From Candidatus Gottesmanbacteria bacterium RIFOXYB1_FULL_47_11 (lineage in GTDB: Bacteria; Patescibacteriota; Microgenomatia; UBA10105; UBA927): a stretch of DNA of 45,585 nt. The stretch is taken from the NCBI GenBank assembly GCA_001779455.1, contig MFKE01000019.1:33201-78785 (forward strand). The letters run 5' to 3'. A program made the position numbers and the translations under genes. Below are positions 9,952-17,369 of the stretch, one piece after another; positions within the stretch are counted from its first letter, which is position 1; each line of letters begins with the position of its first letter. A model generated the notes under the pieces. The model was not told the origin of the DNA, did not search any database, and saw only the letters and a program-made list of their open reading frames with translations.

Positions 9952-10533
9952 CTAAATTTTAATGTAATGTCTCCGTACAAATGCAATTTGGCTGTCACTA
10001 AATTTTAAGCGTTCAAGAAATGCCTGGATGCGGGCTTTGGATTTTCCCTCTTTTTCCATTTGTTTTGTAATAAGCAGTATCATTTCCGTCGGTTCGTAGG
10101 GGAAAAGGATCCATTTTGTTGTTTGCATGGCAAAATAATCCGGGCGAAACGTCGAGTGCGGCTTATAAAACATGGTGACGGTGGTGATATCTGCCGCCCC
10201 CGCACGACGCAGATATGTGACTGCTCGCTTCAGTGTTTTACCGGAATCTGATACGTCATCAACAAGAAGAATGTGTTTGCCGGAAATAGGATTTTGAAGT
10301 TTAGCCGTGAGCCGGGCTTCTCCATGTGTTTGGATGTCTGAATAGCTTTGAATAGTAATAATAGAAATCGGAATCCGTAGAAAATCAGAAAGGAGATGTC
10401 CGAGTGTTAATCCTCCGCGCGAAATAGCAACAATCTGATCGGCGCGTACGCCGCTTTTGAGCATAGCAGCAGCAAGCTTTTGTGCGTATGAGTGATAGTA
10501 GACCCAGGAGACAGGGAGGTATTTGATTTTCAT
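9952..10533 (-). CDS. Type I phosphoribosyltransferase (purine salvage, Gpt/Hpt-like)
   Basis: AISRGG, PRPP loop LLVDDVSDSGKT, WILFPYE. Confidence 0.9.
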   Translation of the reverse strand: MKIKYLPVSWVYYHSYAQKLAAAMLKSGVRADQIVAISRGGLTLGHLLSDFLRIPISIITIQSYSDIQTHGEARLTAKLQNPISGKHILLVDDVSDSGKTLKRAVTYLRRAGAADITTVTMFYKPHSTFRPDYFAMQTTKWILFPYEPTEMILLITKQMEKEGKSKARIQAFLERLKFSDSQIAFVRRHYIKI

Positions 10534-10538
10534 AGTTA

Positions 10539-10581
10539 CTTATAGGATGTTGCTTGACGAAAGTCAATATGTCTTTATAAT
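10539..10581. promoter_or_regulatory. Overlapping divergent sigma70 promoters (PRTase / cmk)
   Basis: Plus strand TTGACG(10554)-16 nt-TATAAT(10576); minus strand TTGACT-17 nt-TATAAG. Confidence 0.7.
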
Positions 10582-10587
10582 GGGAAT

Positions 10588-11193
10588 ATGGATCAGGGTA
10601 AAATGCTTAAATACGCAAGTATTGCCATCTCCGGCCGGCCGGGCGCAGGCCGCAGCACGCTTCTTAAAAATATCCGTCCCATTGTTGAGCCCTTAGGGTG
10701 GGAAGTATTTTCCGGTGGTGATTGGTCGCGCCAATTCGCCATTAAAGAGGGGAAGCATGCTGCGAGCGACCCCAAGCACCATCTGGCGACCGATTACAGT
10801 GATGAGATTGATCATCAAATAGATGCAGCAATGCGCAAAAAGCTTTCCGACCCGGGTGTGCATGTTGCCGTTGAGTCATGGATTGCCGGTTGGAACATGC
10901 GGGGCTTGAAGCATGTTTTGAAAGTGCTTCTTATGTGTGACGATGCACTTCGGGTAGACCGTGTGGTCAACCGGGACAACACGACCGTTGAAGAGGCAAA
11001 AAATCATTTGTTTATGCGCGAGGAGGCAAATGTATCCAAATGGAAACGCATGTACGGGGTGACCGATTTTTGGGATCCGAAATATTACGACTTGGTCATC
11101 AACACATACTCGCACGGACCGAAAGAAACCCTCGACCTTGTTCTTCAGGCGCTTGGATATTTTACCGCTAACGGACAGGCTGCCAAGAAATAA
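10588..11193 (+). CDS. cmk: Cytidylate kinase-like protein (archaeal-type Cmk family)
   Basis: IAISGRPGAGRST P-loop variant, SGG, DHQID, YDLVINT. Confidence 0.75.
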   Translation: MDQGKMLKYASIAISGRPGAGRSTLLKNIRPIVEPLGWEVFSGGDWSRQFAIKEGKHAASDPKHHLATDYSDEIDHQIDAAMRKKLSDPGVHVAVESWIAGWNMRGLKHVLKVLLMCDDALRVDRVVNRDNTTVEEAKNHLFMREEANVSKWKRMYGVTDFWDPKYYDLVINTYSHGPKETLDLVLQALGYFTANGQAAKK

Positions 11194-11217
11194 TTGTTCA
11201 CGTTTTTTGATGTTTTT

Positions 11218-11739
11218 ATGATTCCTACGGAAGAAGAGATAAAAAAATTGTGGGATACGTATCAATTGCCCGATACAAAGCGGGTTCATGTGAGGCTTGT
11301 TGCGCGCGTTGCAAAATTTTTTGCAGAAAAAATACCGGTGCATACCAACCTACTGGTTGCTGCAGCGCTTCTTCACGATATAGACAAAGCAGCAGAAAAA
11401 TTACCCGGTGAACGGCATCCGGACGGCGCCGTGCGGATTCTCCGGGAAGAGGGGATGGGAGAGGTGGCAGATATTGTCGCGACACACCCCTTACACGCGA
11501 TTCTCGATCCTACAATTTGTCCCAAAACGATTGAACAGAAGATTTTGTACCTCGCAGACAAGATGGTCAAGTATGATATAGTCGGGGTTGACCAACGATT
11601 TGCTCTTTGGCGCGCAGAACAATTACCGCAGGAGGCACGAGAAATTTTAGACGCCAGTTACCCGAAAGTGAAAGCGTTAGAAAAAGAAGTGTTCAATATT
11701 GCCGGAATAACGCATGCGGACATAGCGCGCCTTGCATAA
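11218..11739 (+). CDS. HD-domain phosphohydrolase
   Basis: H...LLHDIDK...H...H...YLADK pattern; start taken at MIPTEEE. Confidence 0.85.
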   Translation: MIPTEEEIKKLWDTYQLPDTKRVHVRLVARVAKFFAEKIPVHTNLLVAAALLHDIDKAAEKLPGERHPDGAVRILREEGMGEVADIVATHPLHAILDPTICPKTIEQKILYLADKMVKYDIVGVDQRFALWRAEQLPQEAREILDASYPKVKALEKEVFNIAGITHADIARLA

Positions 11740-11769
11740 GAGTTGTATACTATGTAAAGGAGGCAACAT

Positions 11770-12309
11770 ATGAAACATTTACTCATCTTAGTCACTTCAA
11801 TAGTGCTGGCAGGTTCTTTTTTCAGCGTGCAGGCGGTTGCCCCAGATTTGGCTACAACAACTTCGGGGGAGATAGTTGAATATACACTTCCGTACCCGGG
11901 GCTTCTTCCTGATAGTCCGCTCTACGTTTTTAAACAGGTGCGGGATTGGATTATGGAGAAGTTAATTGCAGACCCGTTGAAAAAAACCGAGTTTTATATC
12001 CTGCAGGGTGATAAGCGGTTAAACATGGGCATGATGTTGAACCAAAGCGGTAAGGTGGTGCTAGGAGAACAAATAATTTCTAAAGGATCCAAGTATATGA
12101 ACAATGCGATACAGCAACTACTAGTGCAGAAGTCGCAAGGGAAAGACGTGCCGGCGTATATTATAGATAAAATTACCCGGGCCCTTGCCAAACACGGGGA
12201 AATAATTCAGGCGGAACTGACCCGCGCGGGAGACGGGCAGAAGGCGGGGCTTACTGCGTCGCTGACACTTATTACTCAACTACAGGGAGAGCTCGTCAAG
12301 CTTAAGTAA
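11770..12309 (+). CDS. Secreted DUF5667-like protein
   Basis: Signal peptide, LPYPGLLPDSPLYVFK motif, DKRL; SD AAGGAGG. Confidence 0.75.
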   Translation: MKHLLILVTSIVLAGSFFSVQAVAPDLATTTSGEIVEYTLPYPGLLPDSPLYVFKQVRDWIMEKLIADPLKKTEFYILQGDKRLNMGMMLNQSGKVVLGEQIISKGSKYMNNAIQQLLVQKSQGKDVPAYIIDKITRALAKHGEIIQAELTRAGDGQKAGLTASLTLITQLQGELVKLK

Positions 12310-12399
12310 GCAAATAGGATTTTCCCCGTACTTTTTCTTCACGGAGCATCATCAGCTTCAATAGAAAATACTGCCCGTATTTGATATAGATATTGCCAG

Positions 12400-12428
12400 T
12401 TGACGGCAGTTATTTAGTGTCATACGAT
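12400..12428 (+). promoter_or_regulatory. Sigma70 promoter of the nrdR-nrdJ operon
   Basis: TTGACG(12400-12405)-17 nt-TACGAT(12423-12428). Confidence 0.65.
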
Positions 12429-12436
12429 TAATTCCG

Positions 12437-12452
12437 GCACCACACATAGTGT
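12437..12452 (+). promoter_or_regulatory. NrdR box
   Basis: gcaCcAcAcaTaGtgt resembles the NrdR consensus acaCwAtATaTwGtgt and sits at the predicted +1 region upstream of nrdR-nrdJ. Confidence 0.7.
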
Positions 12453-12548
12453 TTTATATTTCATTCGTGAAATAACTGAATAGTCAAAACTGATCTCTTG
12501 TAAAAGGAAAAATATTGTTTATATTTATAATCCTGTGCCAACAATTAA

Positions 12549-12995
12549 ATGAAGTGTCCGTATTGTAATTTTGATAATACCGATGTTATTGAAACCAGGG
12601 ACAGCGAAGATTTGTCAGTAACACGCCGCAGGCGCACATGCAGCAAATGTGAGAAACGGTTTACGACATATGAGCGGATTGAAACAGTCCCGATCACTGT
12701 AATAAAAAAAGATGACCGGCGGGAGACATTCGACCGGGAAAAATTAAAGCGGGGCATCTGGAGGGCAAGCGGAAAAACGACGATTAAGGCAACCGATGTG
12801 GACCGGATTGTGGACGAAGTGGAGCGGGAGCTGATCGGCGGTGATTCAACGGAAGTAGCAAGCAAGAAAATCGGAGAACTGGTTGCCAAACGGTTAAAGA
12901 AATTAGACAAACTGGCATATATTCGTTTTGCTAGTGTATTTAAACAATTTGTTGACATTGAAGACTTAGATAAAGAAATAAAAAAATTGCTCTAA
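12549..12995 (+). CDS. nrdR: Transcriptional repressor NrdR
   Basis: MKCPYC...RRRRTCSKCEKRFTTYE Zn ribbon plus ATP cone, AYIRFASV. Confidence 0.97.
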   Translation: MKCPYCNFDNTDVIETRDSEDLSVTRRRRTCSKCEKRFTTYERIETVPITVIKKDDRRETFDREKLKRGIWRASGKTTIKATDVDRIVDEVERELIGGDSTEVASKKIGELVAKRLKKLDKLAYIRFASVFKQFVDIEDLDKEIKKLL

Positions 12996-13001
12996 AACTA
13001 T

Positions 13002-15401
13002 ATGGAACTATCAGGCATACGCAAAACAGTTTTTTTAGATAGGTACGCCCTCAAAGATGAAAACGGCAAAGCTATAGAAGAAACTCCCGAGCAGATGTGG
13101 CGGCGGGTTGCCCATGCCATAGCCCGGATAGAACCCAAAAGCGGACGCGACTCGTGGGAAGAAAAGTTTTATGCGGCCATGCAGGATTTTGCATTTGTAC
13201 CGGGGGGACGCATACTCTCGGGAGCCGGAACCGGCTACAAAGTAACCTTTTATAATTGTTTCGTCATTCCGTCCCCACACGATTCCCGCGGCGGAATTCT
13301 CAAAACACTCGGGCAAATGGTCGAAATTATGTCCCGGGGCGGCGGGGTGGGCATAAATCTCTCCAGCCTCAGGCCGCGCGGCGCACGGGTAAATAAAGTA
13401 AACGGATTTTCATCCGGTCCCTGCAACTGGGCAGAGCTGTTTAGTGTAGCCACTAAAGATATTATCCAGCAGGGAGGATCCCGCCGCGGCGCTCTCATGC
13501 TTATGTTGTGGGATTGGCATCCGGATGTGGAGGAATTTATCACCGTGAAACAAGATCTGACACGCATCAACGGCGCAAATCTTTCCGTCTGTGTTTCGGA
13601 TGCTTTTATGGACGCGGTTGCGAAAGATGCCGATTGGGATTTGGTTTTTCCCGACAAAACAGATCCGGATTACGATACAAAATGGGATGGATATCTGCCG
13701 AACTGGATTGCACTTGGTAAAAAGCCGATTGTGCAAAAGACCGTGAAGGCGCGCGCATTGTGGGATCTTATAGCAACCGCCGCATGGAAATCTGCCGAGC
13801 CGGGGGTTGTGTTCATGGAACGGTATAACAAATGGTTTAATAATTATTATTATGAATATATTAACTGCGTTAATCCGTGCGGAGAAGAGGGGTTGCCCAA
13901 TTGGGGCGTCTGCAATTTGTGTTCCATAAATCTTTCGGCATTGGTGAACGATAACGGGGAGATGAACTGGGAGCGGCTTACGGATATCGCGAAAGTAGGC
14001 GTCCGGTTTCAGGATGACGTCATCGACGCGGATTTTTATGTGTTTGATGAAATAAAGAAAGTCCAACAACGGGGCGAACGGCGCATAGGGCTTGGGACCA
14101 TGGGTCTCGGGGACGCGCTTATCAAAATGAAAATACGATACGGATCCAAGGAAAGTCTCCCTGTTATCGACAAAATTTATAAAACAATCCGTGATGCTGC
14201 GTATGAAGCCTCGGTGGAAATTGCAAAAGAGAAAGGACCGTTCCCGAAGATCGATAAGAAAAAACATCTGGACGCATATTTTATTAAACAACTGCCGGAC
14301 GCAGTGAAGAAAAAGATGAAAAAATACGGAGTACGAAATTCCGTCATCCTGCAGCAGGCCCCTACGGGTTCCACCTCACTTATGGCAGGAGTCTCCAGCG
14401 GAATTGAGCCGGTATATGAGTTTGAATTTATCCGCCGAGACCGGCTTGGAGAACATATTCTCCGCCATCCGCTGTTTGACGCATGGCATGAAGAGTTTAT
14501 CAAAACGCACGGCAGGGAACCCGCAAAAGAAGATCGTCCTGACTGGTTTGTCTCCGCAAACGATTTAACGCCGGAGGACCATGTGTATGTTCAGGCTACT
14601 ATACAAAAGTATGTTGATGCCTCCATCAGTAAAACGGTCAATGCACCGGCGACACACACTGTAGAAGACGTGAAGCGTTTATATACCCTGGCCTACAAAG
14701 AAGGATGCAAAGGTATCGCGTATATGCGCGAAGGATCCCGCGCAGGAGTGCTGACGCGTACGGAAGAAAAACCCGCCGTCAAGGAAAGTATCCCCACGCC
14801 ACCCGAGGTGAAGCCGCGTCCGGCGGTGCTTGCGGGCTCTACGTATCGCGTAGAAACACCGGTCGGAGAGGCATATGTAACGATTAACACCAATGGCGGT
14901 AATCAACCCGTGGAGATGTTTATTAATGTCGGTAAAGCAGGCAGCGATGTGACCGCCATGGCAGAGGCACTCGGTAAAATTATTTCCCTGACTCTGAGGA
15001 TGGCCTCCCCGTTGCCCCCCATGGAACGGGCCAAAAAAATTGCATCGATGCTTGTAGGGATCGGCGGAGCGCGGAGTCTCGGGTTTGGCGAAAACCGCGT
15101 ACGCAGTCTTCCGGATGCGATCGCGAAAATTATTGACCGCCACTTCGGATTTTTCCCAAAGCGGCATCTCAGTGATGCGGCACCAACCGGAAACGGTAAT
15201 GGTAACGGCAACAAGCCGGCTGCCCAGACGATTGAGGAGGCGGTAGTAAATTTAGGCGCCCAACCGATAGCCGCAACAGCTGCCGTACCGCAGGAAAACC
15301 GGATGGTAACGGTAGACTTATGCCCGAGCTGCGGAGAAGCAAGTCTTGTTTTTGAAGAATCCTGCAAGAAGTGCTACAGTTGCGGCTACTCCGAGTGTTA
15401 A
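13002..15401 (+). CDS. nrdJ: Class II (adenosylcobalamin-dependent) ribonucleotide reductase with C-terminal TSCPD-like domain and Zn ribbon
   Basis: NCFV, GGSRRGA, NPCGEE, CNL, APTG, SISKTVN; C-terminal CPSC...CYSCGYSEC. No nrdB nearby and B12 genes follow. Confidence 0.93.
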   Translation: MELSGIRKTVFLDRYALKDENGKAIEETPEQMWRRVAHAIARIEPKSGRDSWEEKFYAAMQDFAFVPGGRILSGAGTGYKVTFYNCFVIPSPHDSRGGILKTLGQMVEIMSRGGGVGINLSSLRPRGARVNKVNGFSSGPCNWAELFSVATKDIIQQGGSRRGALMLMLWDWHPDVEEFITVKQDLTRINGANLSVCVSDAFMDAVAKDADWDLVFPDKTDPDYDTKWDGYLPNWIALGKKPIVQKTVKARALWDLIATAAWKSAEPGVVFMERYNKWFNNYYYEYINCVNPCGEEGLPNWGVCNLCSINLSALVNDNGEMNWERLTDIAKVGVRFQDDVIDADFYVFDEIKKVQQRGERRIGLGTMGLGDALIKMKIRYGSKESLPVIDKIYKTIRDAAYEASVEIAKEKGPFPKIDKKKHLDAYFIKQLPDAVKKKMKKYGVRNSVILQQAPTGSTSLMAGVSSGIEPVYEFEFIRRDRLGEHILRHPLFDAWHEEFIKTHGREPAKEDRPDWFVSANDLTPEDHVYVQATIQKYVDASISKTVNAPATHTVEDVKRLYTLAYKEGCKGIAYMREGSRAGVLTRTEEKPAVKESIPTPPEVKPRPAVLAGSTYRVETPVGEAYVTINTNGGNQPVEMFINVGKAGSDVTAMAEALGKIISLTLRMASPLPPMERAKKIASMLVGIGGARSLGFGENRVRSLPDAIAKIIDRHFGFFPKRHLSDAAPTGNGNGNGNKPAAQTIEEAVVNLGAQPIAATAAVPQENRMVTVDLCPSCGEASLVFEESCKKCYSCGYSEC

Positions 15402-15404
15402 TCT

Positions 15405-15902
15405 ATGCCGATCTATACCCGAACCGGTGATACCGGCGCGACATCTTTTTTTGGCGGCAAACGTATTTCCAAATCAGATCCCCAGGTGGATCTCTATGGC
15501 TCCATTGATGAATTAAACAGCTGGCTTGGACTTTTTAACGATAAGCGAATCACGATTATTCAGAATGATTTATTTAGTATCGGAAGCGTGCTCGCAGGAG
15601 CAAAAGGGAATTTAGATTTTATCGATAGCAGGGTTGGAGAAATGGAACAATGGATAGACACAATGGATAAAACACTTCACCCGCTTACAAATTTTATTTT
15701 ACCGAAAGGGCACATGCATATAGCCCGAAGCGTCTGCAGGCGGGTTGAACGGCTGGCGGTACAGCACCGGGCAAATCCGGCAGTTATTAAATACCTAAAC
15801 CGCTTGTCGGACTTGTTATTTACTCTCGCAAGGAGTATAAATAAAAAGCGAAAGGTAGCGGAACAAATTTGGACAAGTAAGGAATCGAGGAACACTGTGT
15901 AA
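15405..15902 (+). CDS. pduO: PduO-type ATP:cob(I)alamin adenosyltransferase
   Basis: IYTRTGDxG, YGSIDELNS, FILP, RSVCRRVER, YLNRLSDLLF. Confidence 0.93.
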   Translation: MPIYTRTGDTGATSFFGGKRISKSDPQVDLYGSIDELNSWLGLFNDKRITIIQNDLFSIGSVLAGAKGNLDFIDSRVGEMEQWIDTMDKTLHPLTNFILPKGHMHIARSVCRRVERLAVQHRANPAVIKYLNRLSDLLFTLARSINKKRKVAEQIWTSKESRNTV

Positions 15903-15968
15903 CTCAGTGGCTGTGCCGCAACGGTTATAGTCCGGAACTCTCCCTTACGAGGCATCCCGAGCAGGAGG
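15877..15968 (+). ncRNA. Cobalamin riboswitch (compact, class II-like)
   Basis: GTAAGG(15877)/CCTTAC(15943) outer stem, GAG-GAA junction, CACTG-[TGTAACT T-loop]-CAGTG, GCTG-[TGCCGCAA]-CGGT, B12-box-like AGTCCG, and downstream GGCA (15951) complementary to loop TGCC, just before SD AGGAGG. Confidence 0.82.
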
Positions 15969-15971
15969 TAT

Positions 15972-16376
15972 ATGAAAAAAATCATTGTTTTTTCTATTGT
16001 AATAGCAGCAATTCTCTTCTTGTTTGGCCCCAAGTTTATTTCTCCTGTAAAGCCTCCCGTCGTGACGAGGGCACCAGCCCCCGTTGTAACGGTTACCATT
16101 GATACCGGCACAACCATTGCGACGCAGTCGGGAGTGGCCGCGGAGACTGCATTTGGAGCTCTTACCGCAGCGGCGGCAAAAAAGCAGTGGGAAGTAAAAG
16201 CGAAGCAATACGATTTTGGCGTATTTGTTCAAGAGATAGGAGCGCTCGCAAACACCAAAGAAAAATCATGGATTTATTTCGTTAACGGGAAATCAGGTGA
16301 GGTCGCCGCAGACAAACAGCAAGTCGCCGCCGGGGACTTCATTGAGTGGAAATATATAACACCAACGATGGAATAA
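15972..16376 (+). CDS. Membrane-anchored DUF4430 (transcobalamin beta-domain-like) protein, putative cobalamin binder
   Basis: N-terminal TM; GVFVQEIG...WIYFVNG...GDFIEWKY pattern; lies under the riboswitch. Confidence 0.8.
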   Translation: MKKIIVFSIVIAAILFLFGPKFISPVKPPVVTRAPAPVVTVTIDTGTTIATQSGVAAETAFGALTAAAAKKQWEVKAKQYDFGVFVQEIGALANTKEKSWIYFVNGKSGEVAADKQQVAAGDFIEWKYITPTME

Positions 16377-16377
16377 T

Positions 16378-16881
16378 ATGGATACCCTGTTGCTACTTAT
16401 TATCGGAGTTTTTTCCCGCCTGGTGCCGCATCCGGCAAATATGACTGCCGTAGGCGCGCTTGCAATTTTTTCCGGTGCGCGGTTGGGCATGAAAAAATCA
16501 GTAATAATTACGATTGCCGTGATGGGTATCAGCGATGTGATATTGGGTTTTCACTCCGTTATGTGGGCAACCTACGGGGCGATGGTACTAGCGGTTATCC
16601 TGGGGAGATATGTGAGCAGGAGCCGAAGTGTTGTCCGCATTGCCGGCGTGACTATCACATCGTCCGTTTTATTTTATCTCATTACTAATTTTGCGGTTTG
16701 GGCAGCACCCGGATCGATGTATGCCCATACGGTTTCGGGGCTGTTAGATTCCTACATCATGGCATTGCCCTTTTTTAGGAATTCACTCATGGGAGACATG
16801 TTCTATACTGCCCTGTTTTTCGGCGCACATGAATGGATGCTCGCACGGAAACCCACGCTCAAAGTTATTTCCACTTCGTGA
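16378..16881 (+). CDS. DUF6580-family multi-TM protein (ECF S-component-like), putative cobalamin transporter
   Basis: SRLVPHPAN...ALAIFSGA...FYLITNF...ALPFFRN motifs, about 5-6 TMs, 1-nt gap after the DUF4430 gene. Confidence 0.75.
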   Translation: MDTLLLLIIGVFSRLVPHPANMTAVGALAIFSGARLGMKKSVIITIAVMGISDVILGFHSVMWATYGAMVLAVILGRYVSRSRSVVRIAGVTITSSVLFYLITNFAVWAAPGSMYAHTVSGLLDSYIMALPFFRNSLMGDMFYTALFFGAHEWMLARKPTLKVISTS

Positions 16882-16912
16882 TATGATATACCCAAGAGAG
16901 TGATGTTCCCAT

Positions 16913-17359
16913 ATGAATGACGCTGCCCCCGGAGCAAACAATCCAGTCTACCCAAATCCGTCCCCCGGAGAGCCTGTTGTTGGCGCCGCGGGGATACACA
17001 AGGAAGCAGAGAGTGTGGTGATGACACCGGAAACCCCTATGGTAAAAGAGTACGGGCGCGAAGTTGATAGTCTGCCCAAAGAAGTCGCATCTGCGGGGGT
17101 TACGATTCATCCGACAACGATTCCGATTCCTCAGCCGGCCGCATCCCTCGGGGTAACGCCCGGTCCGGCAAATATCCCCATGCCGTCGGCAACGGTGACG
17201 CTTCCGCTTACCGACGACCAAATTGCACAGGGGTTGAGTAAAAGTATTTTAACTTCCTGGCGTTGGCTTGCGGAGTGGTGTCTTCGGAGGTTAAAACAGG
17301 TACATATAGGATTACAGTATGTAAAAGGTCGATTGGTACGCGTAAGTTCCAAGTCATAA
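16913..17359 (+). CDS. Pro-rich hypothetical protein
   Basis: Disordered Pro-rich N-terminus, C-terminal SWRWLAEWCLR helix; 10 nt upstream of the ATPase gene. Confidence 0.7.
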   Translation: MNDAAPGANNPVYPNPSPGEPVVGAAGIHKEAESVVMTPETPMVKEYGREVDSLPKEVASAGVTIHPTTIPIPQPAASLGVTPGPANIPMPSATVTLPLTDDQIAQGLSKSILTSWRWLAEWCLRRLKQVHIGLQYVKGRLVRVSSKS

Positions 17360-17369
17360 GATTATTTAT

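Noticed and set aside
12383..12398. Second NrdR box (gatatagatattgcca)
   Set aside because: Lacks the conserved C of the left arm and the spacing to the first box is atypical.
13410..14291. 293-aa antisense ORF, and other long shadow ORFs (e.g. 31271-31900, 31916-32605, 4618-5178)
   Set aside because: They lie opposite well-supported genes (nrdJ, groEL, PBP) and have no recognisable motifs.
15187..15215. GNGNGNGN repeat in nrdJ
   Set aside because: Ordinary low-complexity linker before the Zn ribbon.
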